This document shows positions 1-16,605 of a stretch of 64,000 nt of DNA, in pieces. The notes under the pieces were generated by a model. It was not told where the DNA came from. It did no database searches and saw only the letters and a list, made by a program, of their open reading frames with translations. This DNA is from the human T2T-CHM13v2.0 reference genome, Homo sapiens: NCBI RefSeq assembly GCF_009914755.1, contig NC_060939.1. One strand, 5' to 3'. The position numbers and the translations under genes are program-made. The stretch's first letter is position 1, and the number at the start of each line of letters is the position of its first letter.

Positions 1-8
1 CTGGGTAG

Positions 9-365
<357 letters not shown>

Positions 366-649
366 TAAACTCTGAACTTGTACTGTTAAAGTAATTGTTT
401 TTAGTAATGTCTATTTAACTTACTCAATTAAAAATAATTTAGAGGTAAATTATGGCAAAATGTTCTTTAAAATAAGGTAACCATTATTTGAATCTTTTTA
501 AAAGACATAATCCTCCAGATCATCTAATATTATTTAAAGTATTTACTTAATGTCCCATTACAGGATACTGCTTCATTTAACGATCCCTTAACTCTTAAGA
601 TTTTAGAACAAAGTGTTAGTTACTATTATCCTTAGCTATTCTGAATAAA

Positions 650-2300
<1,651 letters not shown>

Positions 2301-2539
2301 TTTGTCTTTTTATATTTAATACAAACATTGTTGCCCGCCTTTCCTAAGATGTATGTGTGTTCGGTGTATCTGCATGTCTAGATTCACCATGAAAAGTTCA
2401 TTTTAGGAGCCCATCTATTGTCAAATTGGACATTTTAGCCACGTAAGAAATGTGACCTTACAGAGCCCTGTTGAGTCACTGTTTATAGTGAGTTTTCTGA
2501 TAATACCTTTGTTAAGTTCATGTTTTGTTTTTCTTACAG

Positions 2540-2632
2540 TATTTCACTGGCCTTGAATGTGGACATAAGTTTTGTATGCAGTGCTGGAGTGAATATTTAA
2601 CTACCAAAATAATGGAAGAAGGCATGGGTCAG
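2540..2632 (+). CDS. ARIH1: ARIH1 coding exon (probably exon 4), RING1 C-terminal part
   Basis: ttacag|TAT...CAG|gtaaag; 93 nt; [31 protein letters not shown] matches the recalled HHARI sequence. Confidence 0.97.
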
Positions 2633-3120
2633 GTAAAGATATCAAGTTGTTTTTCAGTTTTTGTTGAATTTCCTATAGTGTTAAGACCCTTGCACAAATT
2701 TGCACAAATAAAAACAGGTGAAGCTTTATGTGTCATGATTCTAGATTCAAACAACTAAAGATAATAGGCTTTTTCCTAAAGTAATGTGGCATTCCAGTTA
2801 AAGAGCCACTCCAGGTAACGTTTTCTCAGCCGGCATCAATATTGGTATATGTTAACTTAAACTTGTTGCACGATTTTGTCAGATTATCTCGCTTTTGCCT
2901 TTAAAATTGTGTGTTTAAAAACCAATTAGTCAGGTTAGCAAGTCTAGTTACTTTATGGTGATAAACATACTCTCACACACATTTCCTTTAAGGAGAAAGG
3001 GAAGGATTGAGATCCTGTAAACATTAAGGTATTCCCAGAACCTAGCAAAGTGCCTGGCGATGGTAAGCATTCATTAAATATTTGTTGAATGAAGACAGTT
3101 TAAATTTCAATCTTTTTCAG

Positions 3121-3176
3121 ACTATTTCGTGTCCTGCTCATGGTTGTGATATCTTAGTGGATGACAACACAGTTAT
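3121..3176 (+). CDS. ARIH1: ARIH1 coding exon 5, end of RING1
   Basis: tttcag|ACT...AT|gtaagt; 56 nt; [18 protein letters not shown](M). Confidence 0.97.
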
Positions 3177-3427
3177 GTAAGTATTTTTGATAGATTCTGC
3201 ATGTGAATATTGGTTAGTTGGTTAAACCAAATTAATTTTTACTTAGTACCTCAAAGGAAGTGAAACTTTTTAAAGTCTGAAGAAACTTTTTAATCTGCGT
3301 TCCTTAGTAGTAGTACAAAAGCCCATTTGTAACTTGGTTAAATGCCTGATCACTATTCTTACAAACTTAGAAATGCATGGTAGCTAGATTTTGATAAACC
3401 TTGGGATTGGAGATTAGAATGTGTGTA

Positions 3428-3830
3428 TGTGTTAGTTGAGGTGTTCTTGGAAGCAGATCCCAAGATAGAATAAAAGGTAGAAACTGACTTATTGTGGAAT
3501 AGCATCTGTGCAAGGTAAACAGCAGGAGCAGATAGACATTGATATAGGCCTGACATCTGTTAAAAGACAAAGAAGGAAGATTCAATAGGAAGAGACTTTA
3601 TATGATACAGCTATGAGAGTCTTTGGCAGCCCTGATGGGGGAACTTCAGTGCATAGATTGCCCATAGAGGAATACCTCAATAAGTAGAAAGAGCTGGGCC
3701 CAGTACACTTGATATGCTCAGTTGTTGGCTGGGACTACCCAGGGAGTCATGGTCTTTGCTGAAACACTGCTGCTGATTTCAGATACACTACAGCTGGATG
3801 CTTTCAGCTAACAGCTCTTCTTGTGAAAGG
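3428..3830. mobile_element. MLT2-like (ERVL) LTR
   Basis: Resembles MLT2 consensus: ggaagcagatcccaaga...gattgcccatagagga...tgctcagttgttggctggg. Confidence 0.6.
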
Positions 3831-3834
3831 TTCT

Positions 3835-5608
3835 TTCTTTTTTTTCTTTTAACTTTTAGGTTCAGGTATACATGTGCAGGTTTGTTACATGGGTAAATTC
3901 CTTGTCCGTGAGGTTTGGTGTACAAATGATCCCATCACCCAGGTAGTGAGAACAATACCTGATAGTTTTTCAACTCTTGCCGTCCCACCCTACCCACTCT
4001 AGTAGTCCCCAGTCTAAATAGTCTTTTATTCTCATCTTCATGTGTACTCACTATTTAGCTCTCACTTATAAATGAGAACATGTGGTATTGAGTATTTCTG
4101 TGTTAATTCATTTAGGATGATGACCTCTAGCTGCATTTGTATTGCTGCAAAGGACATGATTGTGCTCACTTTTTTTTATGACTGCATAGTGTTTCATGGT
4201 GTCCATGTGCCACATTTTGTTTATCCAGTCCACTGTTGATGGGCATCTAGGTTGATTTCGTGTGTTTGCTATTGTGAATAATGCCACAGTGAACATACTA
4301 GTGAATGTGTCTTTTTGGTAGAATGATTTATTTTCCCTGTGATCTCACCAACATCTGTTATTTTTTTACTTTTTAAAATTATTTTTTGTTTAATTTTTTT
4401 TTACTTTTTAATAATATTCCTTATGACTGGTGTGAGATGATGTGGTACATCATTACGGTTTTGATTTGCATTTCTCTAGTGATTAGTGGTGTTGAGCATT
4501 TTTTTGTACCTGTTGGCTGCGTATATGTCTTCTTGAGAAATGTCTTTTCATGTACTTTGCCCTTTTTCTTTCTTTTTTTTAAGTGAAAGCAAGTTTATTA
4601 GAGAAGTAAAGAAACAAAAGAATGGCTACTTCGTTGACAAAGCAGCCTGCTCATTTTTAAATGGGGTTATTTGTTTTTTGCTTGTTTGATTAAGTTCCTT
4701 ATAGATTCTGGATATGAGGCTTTTGTTGGGTGTATAATTTTTAAATATTTTCTCTCATTCTGTAGGTTGTCTGTTTACTCTGTTAATAGTTTCTTTAGCT
4801 GTACAGAAGCTCATTAGTTTAATTAAGTCCCACTTGTCAATTTTTGCTTTTGTTGCAGTTGCGTTTGGGGACTTAGTCATAAATTCTTTGCCAAGGCTGA
4901 TGTCTAGAATGGTATTTCCTGGATTTTCTTTTAAGATTTTTATAGATTGAGCTCTTACATTAAAGTATTTAATCCTTTAGTTAATTTTTGTATATGGTGA
5001 AAGATATAGGGGTCAAGTTTCATTCTTCTGCATGTGGCTAGCTAGTTATCCCAACAACCATTTATGTGTGTGTGGCTATTATCGATAGGATTGCATTATT
5101 AATTTGGCGCTTACCTTGAATGTTATTGGTATATATTAAATGCTACTGAATTTTGTACATTGATTTTGTATCCTGAAATTTTACTGACTTTGTCAGCTCT
5201 AGGAGCCTTTTGGCAGAGTCTTTAGGGTTATTTCTAGGTATAGAATCATCATCAGTGAAGATTGATAGTTTGACTTCTTTTCTTATTTAGATACATTTTA
5301 TTTCTTTCTCTTGCCTGATTGCTCTGGCCAGGACTTCCAGTACTATGTTGAATAGGAGTGGTGAGTGTGGGCATCCTTTTCCTAAGTGGAATGCTTCCAG
5401 CCTTTGCCTGTTCAGTATGATGTTGGCTATGGGTTTGTCATATCATAGATGGCTCTTAATGTTTTGAGGTATGTTCCTTCAAAGCCTAGTTTGTTGATAG
5501 TTTTTATCATGAAGAGATGTTGGACTTTATTGAAAGCTTTTTCTGTGTCATTTGAGATGATCGTATGGTTTTTAATTCTGTTTATGTGGTGAATTACATT
5601 TATTGGTT
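3835..5608 (-). mobile_element. L1 (old L1PA/L1PB-like) 3' fragment
   Basis: L1 3'UTR plus ORF2 peptides on the - strand ([29 protein letters not shown]; MFTVALFTIANTRNQPRCPS). Confidence 0.9.
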
Positions 5609-5610
5609 TG

Positions 5611-5872
5611 CCCAGGCTGGAGTACAAGTGGCACCATATCGGCTCACTGCAACCTCTGCCTCCCGGGTTCAAGCAATTCTCCTGCCTCAGCCTCCTGAGT
5701 AGCTGAGATTACAGGTGTACACCATCACGTCCGGATAAGTTTTGTATTTTTAGTAGAGACAGAGTTTCGTCATGTTGGCCAGGCTGTTCTCGAACTCCTG
5801 ACCTCAGGCGATCTGCCCGCCTTGGCCTTCCAAAGTGCTAGGATTACAGGCGTGAGCCACCAAGCCTGGCCA
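5611..5872 (-). mobile_element. Alu lacking its tail, abutting the L1
   Basis: Alu body without polyT. Confidence 0.88.
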
Positions 5873-6290
5873 ATAACTATTTTCAATTTGTGATGGTAAC
5901 AAATCTTTGTCAAGAGAATTGTCTTATTAATGACCAGAGTGACACTTGCTGCCACCTTCTTGAGAATGCCTATTCTTGAAGATGGATGCTCACTTTCTTT
6001 TACTTCCTTATCAATATCAGATAAACTAAGGGTGGAACCTTGTCCTAATAACTGTTGGCTGATGTTTGCTCTCACGTCCTGGTGGTCCATGCCAGGTTTA
6101 GATAGCTTTTTAGGCTAAGGCCAGCTATCAGAAATCATTAGGGTTTGTCATACCAGAAAAGCATTATGGGTAATACATGTGTAAATAAGATGTGTGTGTT
6201 TGGCAATCAAGGCATCTGACTTTTGGCCTGATACATTCCTTATTATTATTTATTGATATAAAATCTGTAATATAAAACTCATTTTAATTA

Positions 6291-6848
<558 letters not shown>

Positions 6849-8767
6849 TATTTTTAAGTATATTATCCAGTGGCTTTTAGTATATACATAATATTATTCT
6901 ACAAACATCACCTAATTGCAGACTATTTTAATCACCTTATATCCGTTAAGCAGTCATTCGCTATTCCTTTCTCCCCCTAGACCCTAGCAACCACTCATCT
7001 GCTTTCTGTCTTTGTGGATTAGCCTATTCTAGACATTTCATATAAAGGGAATCATGTAATATGTTGCCTTTTGTGATTGGCTTCTTTAATGTTTTCAAGA
7101 TTCATCCATGTTGTATCATGAATCATCACTTTACTCCTTTTCATTGCTGAATAATGGTTCCATTATATGGACATTTCCATTTTTTACGGAAATGTCTTAT
7201 GTGAACATATGAACATTTGTGTACAAGTTTTTCATTGAACATCTGTTTTTAATTCTCTTAAGTATATATATTTCAAAGGAGAATTCCTGGGTCTTGTGGT
7301 AATGCTATGTTTAACTTTTTGAGGAACCATCAAATACACAAATTATTTTTAGACCGCAGGTTCCACTTCTGTGAAATATGGAGATTTACTCATTTAAAAA
7401 ATATTAATTGAACACTTTCTACAGGCGTACTGGACACCTGGGGATCCTTTCATGGGGTTGGGAGGAGAAAGACAGATATTAAACAAATGATTATACAGAT
7501 AACTGTCTAATTAAAATTATGATAATTTCTATAAAGTAGATGTTTAAGGTGCCATGAGAACTGAGAGGGTATCTATATCCAAACGAGTGTGGAAACTCAG
7601 GAAAGGCTTCCTTGAGTAATACTTTATTGTAACTGAGTGAAGTAATACAGTAATAGCGTCTAATATTTATTGAGTGCTTACTATCTGCCAGGCACTATTC
7701 TAGTCTCACAACCATGTTTCTGATATCTATTTTACAGATTAGTAACTGAGAAATGGAGAGTTCAAAGAATTTACCTTCAATTCATAGCTAGTGAGTTGTG
7801 AGGCTGGCATTCAAACCTAGGCTGTCCCACCTTAGAGCTCCATTACAATATTCTTGTCTTTCCAAGGGAGGCAGCCTTATGCACAGCCTCTGAGGAAGGG
7901 TGGTACTTACTGTTTTGAGGAAATACAAGAATACGAATGTGATAGGAGTGCACTGAAAGTGCCACAGGACAGGGTGGGATCTTGTGGAAGGAGAGAGGCC
8001 TATGAAGCTCAAGAGTCAAATGAGGCCAGATTGGTTCATTTAAAAGATTTTAATGGGGTTGAACTACATGCATGTTCTTCATGTCTTTCTCAGTGGGAAT
8101 TCTTTTTCTTGTAATACACTCAGAGGAGTATTTACCATAGAACTAATGAAACTTAAACTTCAGGATTCCTCACTACGTGGGATCCTGTGAATTCTGGAAA
8201 TTCTTGTGAGTTATAGTGTTCAGAAGAGGCCAGGATGCAGTCAGTGAGCATTTCTGGTTAATTTCTAAGAGCTCTCAGAAGAAGAAGGCTCTTAAAATTG
8301 TATCAGCTTTAGGTATCACAAAACCTGGATCCATTTCTTAACATTTCTGTCAACAATATCTGTCTCATTTCGCATACTGATTTGGGTGGGGTGTCTGAAG
8401 GAAGGTGGCTGAGAATTGCTGTCTTAAGGCATGATATGATATCAGAGTCAAAAGACCCTGAAATGCGCTTATACTTGGCACTAGTTGGTAAGTCATTAGG
8501 CTGTAATAAAAACTGGGTAAAAGTAGACTATTTAAAAAATAAGAACCATGGAAAAAAAGTCTATGAAAATAAAACTATACAAACTTTGAAATTATTGTTC
8601 TGATCAGTACAGTTATATTTGTTGATAGCCTATGTGCATTTCAGTATTTACAGCTTAGGGCATAAACATGTAGCCGTAGCATAAACAGCTTTTGAAACTA
8701 TGTTTTATAAATGTGGAAAATACTCTTGACTGGAAACTTTCTAATCTATTTTTATTCTTGGTTTCAG

Positions 8768-8834
8768 GCGCCTGATCACAGATTCAAAAGTTAAATTAAA
8801 GTATCAGCATTTAATAACAAATAGCTTTGTAGAG
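8768..8834 (+). CDS. ARIH1: ARIH1 coding exon 6, RING1-IBR linker
   Basis: tttcag|G CGC...GAG|gtaagt; 67 nt; [22 protein letters not shown]; phase fits both neighbours. Confidence 0.97.
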
Positions 8835-8971
8835 GTAAGTGATTTGTTTTCCTTCTTGTAAGAAGGAATTCTGTTTATTAATAGAAATACTATTTTAAAA
8901 ATTATAATTTATTGACAGTAAAAAACATCTTTAACATATTTATGAAGCATGCCAAAATACCTTTATTCTCA

Positions 8972-9365
<394 letters not shown>

Positions 9366-10344
9366 TTACTTTTCTTTATCCCTAGCTGAGAATTGTAGTA
9401 GATTACTAATCGTGTCATGTTTAATCATGTTTGAGATTCTAACCCTGCTATTTCTCTGCTCGTTTTAGGTTTCATTACCAGTAAATCTTGTTAATAAAGA
9501 ATGCTATCCTTTATTGGACCATGCCTTTGCCCATTTGTTCTATGACTCCTTTTGTGCTACAGTGGCAGAGTTGAGTAGTTGCTACAGAGACTGTTCTGGC
9601 CTGCAAAACCAAAATTCTTTACCCTCTTGGCTTGTTACAGAGGAGTTTTTCAGCCCCTGTATGACAACATCAGTAACTTGGTCTTTTAATTCTAGAAAGT
9701 AATTATTTCTGTTAGAGATTAAACCTGGAAACAGCCTATTTTAGAAATAGTGTATTATTTGAAATGGTCAATGGACTTCTGAATTCTGGTGCAGAGTGTT
9801 TTTTTTTCATAATACTATAAAAGTTATATTTCCTTTTGAGGAACTAAAATGCAATCTTCGCCTGTGGTTTAGGAACTGGGTTTTTTGTTTGTTTTTTTTT
9901 TTCCTTCTTACAAGAGCTTTTTATGGGAGAAGTTGTATGTATATCCTTTAGCCTATCTTGAACTATTCTGTAGCTTCTAAACACCTTCCTTGATAAAGAG
10001 TATATCTGATTTTCTTGTGTCTTTTGAAAATTGTTCTGAAATAGAACTGTAAATAAATTAGTGGTTTTTAATGGTCACATACATGATATTTAATTAAAGT
10101 TATTCAGTGGGATTTTGAAGATAGAACAAGAGGTGATTCATGTATTTTATAAAACCAGGTCTTCAGGGATCAGTCATCTTTAAAAAAAAAAAAAAAGGCA
10201 CATCTGAAGTGTTGCTATAGAAGACCACAGCAAGTTTTCATAAGCTTGTGTAATTATCCCCCATTTGCCCCTTGTACCAGAGAAGCAATATAAATAGCTT
10301 GATGTACTAGGAAATCTTGCATCATGACCTAATTTAATTTGCTG

Positions 10345-10784
<440 letters not shown>

Positions 10785-11314
10785 GTAAGCAAGTGATTTC
10801 CTAAATTGAAATAGTGCACAAAGCGTTTCCATTTCTCCTGTTTATTCTTGGTAGTAAAATAGCAGAAAAAAAGTGTTTACCTTAGGCAGGGAGATGTTTG
10901 ATACTGGTTTAAAATAGTATATATCTCTTTCAGAATTGAATGAAAAGGTCACATCTTAAAAAAATTTTTCCTCTTTCCTTGATGTTCTAACTTTTTTGAA
11001 TTTTTTTTTATGGAGAAAATATACAACTCTAATCATATCTTCCTGTATGCTCCACTGTAACTTAATGGGAGCAAACTTGTAGATCTGGGACTATACGTTT
11101 TTCTTTACTCTGCCAAATTTTAACCTTACTTATGCAAAGGAAATGTGCAGGTAAATTCTGCTGATGGTCTCCTTTTTAACTAAGAGTTTTCCTGTGGCTC
11201 CTCTCGCCCAGCTTTCTTGGTAACTTGGGCTTTTGGAGTTCTATAGTATACTCTTCAGCCTCTGAATTCTAGATTTGAACTGCCAGGAAGTTTCCAGTGC
11301 CACATATTAGGGGA

Positions 11315-12255
11315 TGTCTTAATCAGTTCAGGCTCCTTTATAGGTGTTCTAGTTTTTTCCAAAGTGGATAGGCTGAAAATTTTTCAAATTTTTGACTTCT
11401 TATTTCCTTTTGATGAACAGTTTATCTCTAGGTCATTCATCTCTTCTTGCATTTTCTATAAACATTCAAGAGAAGCTAAGCTGCGTCTTCAACACTTTGC
11501 TTAGTAATTTCCTCAACCAGATATTCAGTTTCATTTCTCTACCTTCCACAAAACAATTCAGCCAACTTCTTTGCCACTTTATAGCAAGGATGGCCTTTCC
11601 TCTAGTTTCTAACAGCATGTTCCTCATTTTCATCTGAGACCTCATCATAATGGCCTTTACTGTCCATATTTCTAACAACATTCTGTTCATGGCCATTTAT
11701 TTAGGTTTTCTCTATGATTGAGGCATTCCCTGCACTTCTGTCTTTCTGAATCCTCACCAGAATTACCCTTAACAATTCAGTTCATTCACAGTGATCTAGG
11801 CTTTTTCTAGCTTGCACTTCCAAGCTCTTCCAGCCTCTACTTACTACCTAGTTTCAAATCGGCTTTCACATTTTTGGTTTTGTTAGAACAGCACCCTCAC
11901 TTCTTGGTACCATTTTCTGTCTTAATGTTCAGGCTTTTATAACAAAAGACCATAAACTGGGCGGCTTCTAAACAACATAAATTTATTTCTTACAGTTCTT
12001 AAGGGTGAGAAGTCCAAGATCAAGGTGCCAAAAGATTTGTTGTCTGGCGAGGGCCTGCTTTTCTGGTTCATAGATGGTGCCTACTTGCTGGGTCCTCATA
12101 TGGTGGAAAGGACAAGGCAGCTCTCTGGGCCCCTTTTTTTTTTAAAAAGGATGCCAATTCCATTCACCTCCTAAAGGCTCCACATCCTAATACTGTCACA
12201 TTGGTTATTAAGTTTTAACATACACATTTTAGGGGGACACAAACATTTATATCCT
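11315..12255. mobile_element. MaLR element (internal fragment plus MLT1A/MST-like LTR ~11917-12255)
   Basis: aaatttatttcttacagttc...gaagtccaagatcaaggtgcc...gggggacacaaacatt LTR motifs. Confidence 0.75.
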
Positions 12256-12344
12256 GCTAGAAGTTAAGATGATTTTCTGTTCCTTTGAGGGTCTTGAGGA
12301 GTAAGAAGCCAATCAAGTCAAGGGGCTCTAGACCCAGCAAATAG

Positions 12345-12675
12345 ATTTTTTGTTTTGTTTTGTTTTGAGAGAGGGTCTCACTCCATCACCCAGGCTGGAG
12401 TGCAGTGGCACGATCTCGCACTGTAACCTTTGCTTCCCAGGTTCAAGTGATTCTTGTGCCTCTTGAGTAGCTGGGATTACAGGCGTGTGCCACCACGCCT
12501 GGCTAATTTTTATTTATTTATTTATTTGTTTATTTATTTATGTATTTATTTTTAATAGAGACAGCATTTCACCTTGTTGGCCAGGCTGGTCTTGAACTCC
12601 TGGCCTCAAGTAATCCACCTGCCTCGGCCCTCCCTAAGTGCTGGGATTACAGGTGAGAAGCACCATGGCCAGCCA
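12345..12675 (-). mobile_element. Alu
   Basis: Alu body with a (TTTA)n-expanded linker. Confidence 0.9.
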
Positions 12676-13846
12676 GATTTTCTTTTTTGCTGCGGGGTGG
12701 TTTGGAGGGGGAAATATTTTATTGGTATTCCATACCTTTCTTTTTTTCCTCCAAACATCTATAGAATTACACTTAACACATCATTAATAATAAATATTTC
12801 CAAAAAGAGCAGGTAAGCTCACAGAGATTAAGTATGTGTAAAATACATACTGTTTCGATAAAGATTAATTATGTATTGTTATTTTAGAGAAAAGGTGGAT
12901 AATACCTACTTTCCAATGTATTTTTAGCGTGACACATTTCAAACATAAAAGTATAGAGAATACAGCAGTGAATACCTATATAGCTACAATCCAGTTAAAT
13001 CAAAATTAGTATTTTGTTTTTCTTCATTAAGAGATAAAACATGACACATATATTTGAAGCTCCTTGGTTCCCTGCTCCTTCCCATTCCCCATCTTTCTTT
13101 TCAGAAATAACCATTTATCTTAACCTGATTTAAATCAATAGTAGTTTGTTTCTGTCTTTAGCAAAGGACTTTTTGCCATTCGTAAATTACTTAATTAGCT
13201 AATTAATCTGTCATTTTATTATTTTTTTCTTAAGCATTTGTGTTTGTTAATTATACTTCTTTTACAAGTGTATATGTCATGAACTTAGAAAACAAAAGTG
13301 AATTACTGATTAACACATGTTTAGTGAGTATTTAGTCTTTTTGTTTTATACCTTGCCCAGTACCATTTCCCTCTACAGGGCGGAGGTTCATTTGTTTAAA
13401 TAATGCAAAGATGTGACCTATTTGCTTCCCATATATTGTTTACTGTGTATTAGTACTAAATTATATAAGTAACCTACAAAGTCAGCCTTTTATTCTTCAT
13501 TTAGGGTGTTAAGTAAAAGATTAAAAATGCACTGATGAAGCATGGGTTGAAACTTCTCAATATAGTCTGAGGCACCTTAGCAACAATTATTATGAAATTG
13601 TCATCAAAGCGTGTCTTCATGCTTATAGTCATTCTTCACACATATTGAGTACCCACTATGTGCTAGTTCTACTACTAAATTCTAGGTAATTAACTGTAAA
13701 GCAGACATGGGTTCTCTCCTTGTATTTGCCAGTCACTAGAAACTAGTGACAATACTGTGGAACTATAAGGCATGAAATGATTGGCTTATTTACTTGCTTA
13801 CAGTAGGTAGGCCTTAATTCTATTAACTCTTTGTGTCACTTAACAG

Positions 13847-13889
13847 CTTTAACTGTGGAGAAAATTGGCATGATCCTGTTAAATGTAAG
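13847..13889 (+). CDS. ARIH1: ARIH1 coding exon 8, end of IBR
   Basis: taacag|C TTT...AAG|gtgagt; 43 nt; FNCGENWHDPVKCK. Confidence 0.97.
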
Positions 13890-14390
13890 GTGAGTTTGTC
13901 TGACATTTCAATTTTTAAATAATGGCACACTTCTAAGACTTAGTGACTAAAAATCATAGCTGATGATTTTGTTATCTATCTATTGATAGATTTTTTTTTT
14001 ATCCTTTTAATTTCAGATGATCATTACATGTATTCAGAGGTAATTCCTTAGGATAAGCCAAGTCAGCTCCTGATTGTTATTAGGATAACCATGGCTAAGG
14101 CACCTCTTTGTCAGGCTTTGTAATTAGGGGAATACACACCTTGCAGTTGGGCTTCTCTTCAAGCTCTAGGTTCCCCACTCAGCTTCTGCCAAAGAAAATC
14201 CTGCTTTGGTTGATTTTATATATACTGGACATTGTAGCTATGGGATTTCCCTGGCTTAAGAGGATGTGAGCCTAGTGATAATCTTATTCATTGGCTTTTA
14301 CATTTAAGCTTGACTATAGTTAAGTGCTAAAGTAATTTGCTATTTTTAAAAGTCTTTTGTTGTATCCTAACCGTTGTTATTTTCAAACAG

Positions 14391-14462
14391 TGGTTAAAGA
14401 AATGGATTAAAAAGTGTGATGATGACAGTGAAACCTCCAATTGGATTGCAGCCAACACAAAG
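14391..14462 (+). CDS. ARIH1: ARIH1 coding exon 9, IBR-RING2 linker
   Basis: aaacag|TGG...AAG|gttggt; 72 nt; [24 protein letters not shown]. Confidence 0.97.
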
Positions 14463-16311
14463 GTTGGTGTTTTCCTTCAGTAACTCTTGGTAATAAAAAT
14501 GATAAGGATTGGTACTTTGGCATTAGCAAAAGCAATGAGGTGACCTACTTACAGGCTTTGTTTCATCTTTTTCTCCATTGAGTCTTTTTTTTTTTTTCCC
14601 AGAATGTTTGCCTGTTATTTCCTTTTTCTCTTTGAGTTTATTTTAGAGTATTGAGTACTGTAGTACAGCATCCACAGTTCTCTGCCTTAGGTTTCTTCTA
14701 CTGGAAAAAAAATCAGTGTTCTGTAGAGGAAAAAGCTGATAATTTTTCAAGTGTGGGATTTGTGCTTGGCTGCCATTTAGTATACAAATGCATTGGAGTT
14801 TACTCCGCCTAGCTTGGTTCTGTTAGGCTAATTTACATTTTTGTTTCTAATTTTTTGTTTTGAAGTACATTGCTCTTGATACTAGTTTCAAAATTCAATT
14901 TCAAAATTCACTTTCTTAACCCCAGACAAATGTCTTAGAAGTGTTTAAATCTTGAGTACCCTTCTCCTCGATCACTAATCTAATGAGCAAGCATTTGAAT
15001 GCCAACCGTGTACCCAGCTAGTCTTTTAATACAAAGTCGTATTATCCATCCTTTATGTAATTCAGTCCTATCCTATCCCCATAGTGAGTGACTTGGGTAA
15101 TGAATGGTAGGTTGGTTCATGGGCTATTCATTTTTAGTATTATTTTGTACATGTAAAGATGATGCTTTAAAGAATGCTGAGTTGTTTGACCCATAGTATA
15201 TAAAGCTATCTTTGAACTGTTGCCTCAGTCATCACAGGACAATGAGATTAAGAAGTGTGTAAACAATGAAGGCCGACGCAGGTTGTCTGTGTGTGTTTAA
15301 ATATACATCTTACATACTTATATATAAAACATGAATTTATATTTCTGTCTCCCAGAAAGTAGTGAAACAGTGAATCTTGCCACATAAAACAAATGCCCAA
15401 GTCTTTAAGGAATATATGGTAGAAATTAATATTTTTTGTTCCCTCCAAAACCATCACGATAAGCATAACTCACGTCAATCAAAGAAAACCTTACTATAAA
15501 TATACTGTAATGTCAGAAAGTGGTTACTTGTTTTGTTATTAAAAAAAAATTCTTAGCCAAGCATTCTTTTTTTGAAAATTGAAGATTTTCCCACAAGAAA
15601 TGTTCCTTAAGTCCCAGAATTCTTTAATATGCTCTGAAAAACTAATATTTAGAATAAGGCAATTATATTTTCACTAAATTGTTTAATTAAATGGTAGCCT
15701 TTTTTCTACATCTAGAGAAATTCCTACTTGTAAGCCCCAAAGATGTTTAAAATAGGGAGTACAGGCTTGAATATGTTTGGCTTAGTTTAGATTGTAGATT
15801 ACCAAGGAAGAATGGCAATTTGTAAAACAAATTTAGCTGCTCAGTATTTTTGAGAGAAAACTGAAGAGTTTTTCTCTTGAGGTTTTAGAAGCTTTTAAGA
15901 TTATTAGCTCCCTAAACAGATATGCATATTGTCAGTGATATCCTAACATTTTGGAGGTTTAATACTATTAGGTTAATTATAACCAAGAAATGTAGAATGT
16001 AGAATGAAGCATATTTTATGCCTGAAATTTGCTTGTTTGGAAAAAATGTAAAATTTCTTATGTGGGTGATTTCAAAAATTTGATTTGAAATATATAATTA
16101 AAAAGTTGCTATATTGGCCTATTTTAAATTGCTATCATTGATGGGCAGCATAGTCAATTTCACAAAGAAGGCCAAATTGTGCAAATACTAATATAGTGGG
16201 TGATCCCTCCTTGGGAGAGTTACAAACCTCAATCACAAATGCAAAAACAAAAAATCCATAGGCCTACAGAGCAGTAATTTTGGCTTACTAGCAACCAAGA
16301 ATATGATATGA

Positions 16312-16605
<294 letters not shown>

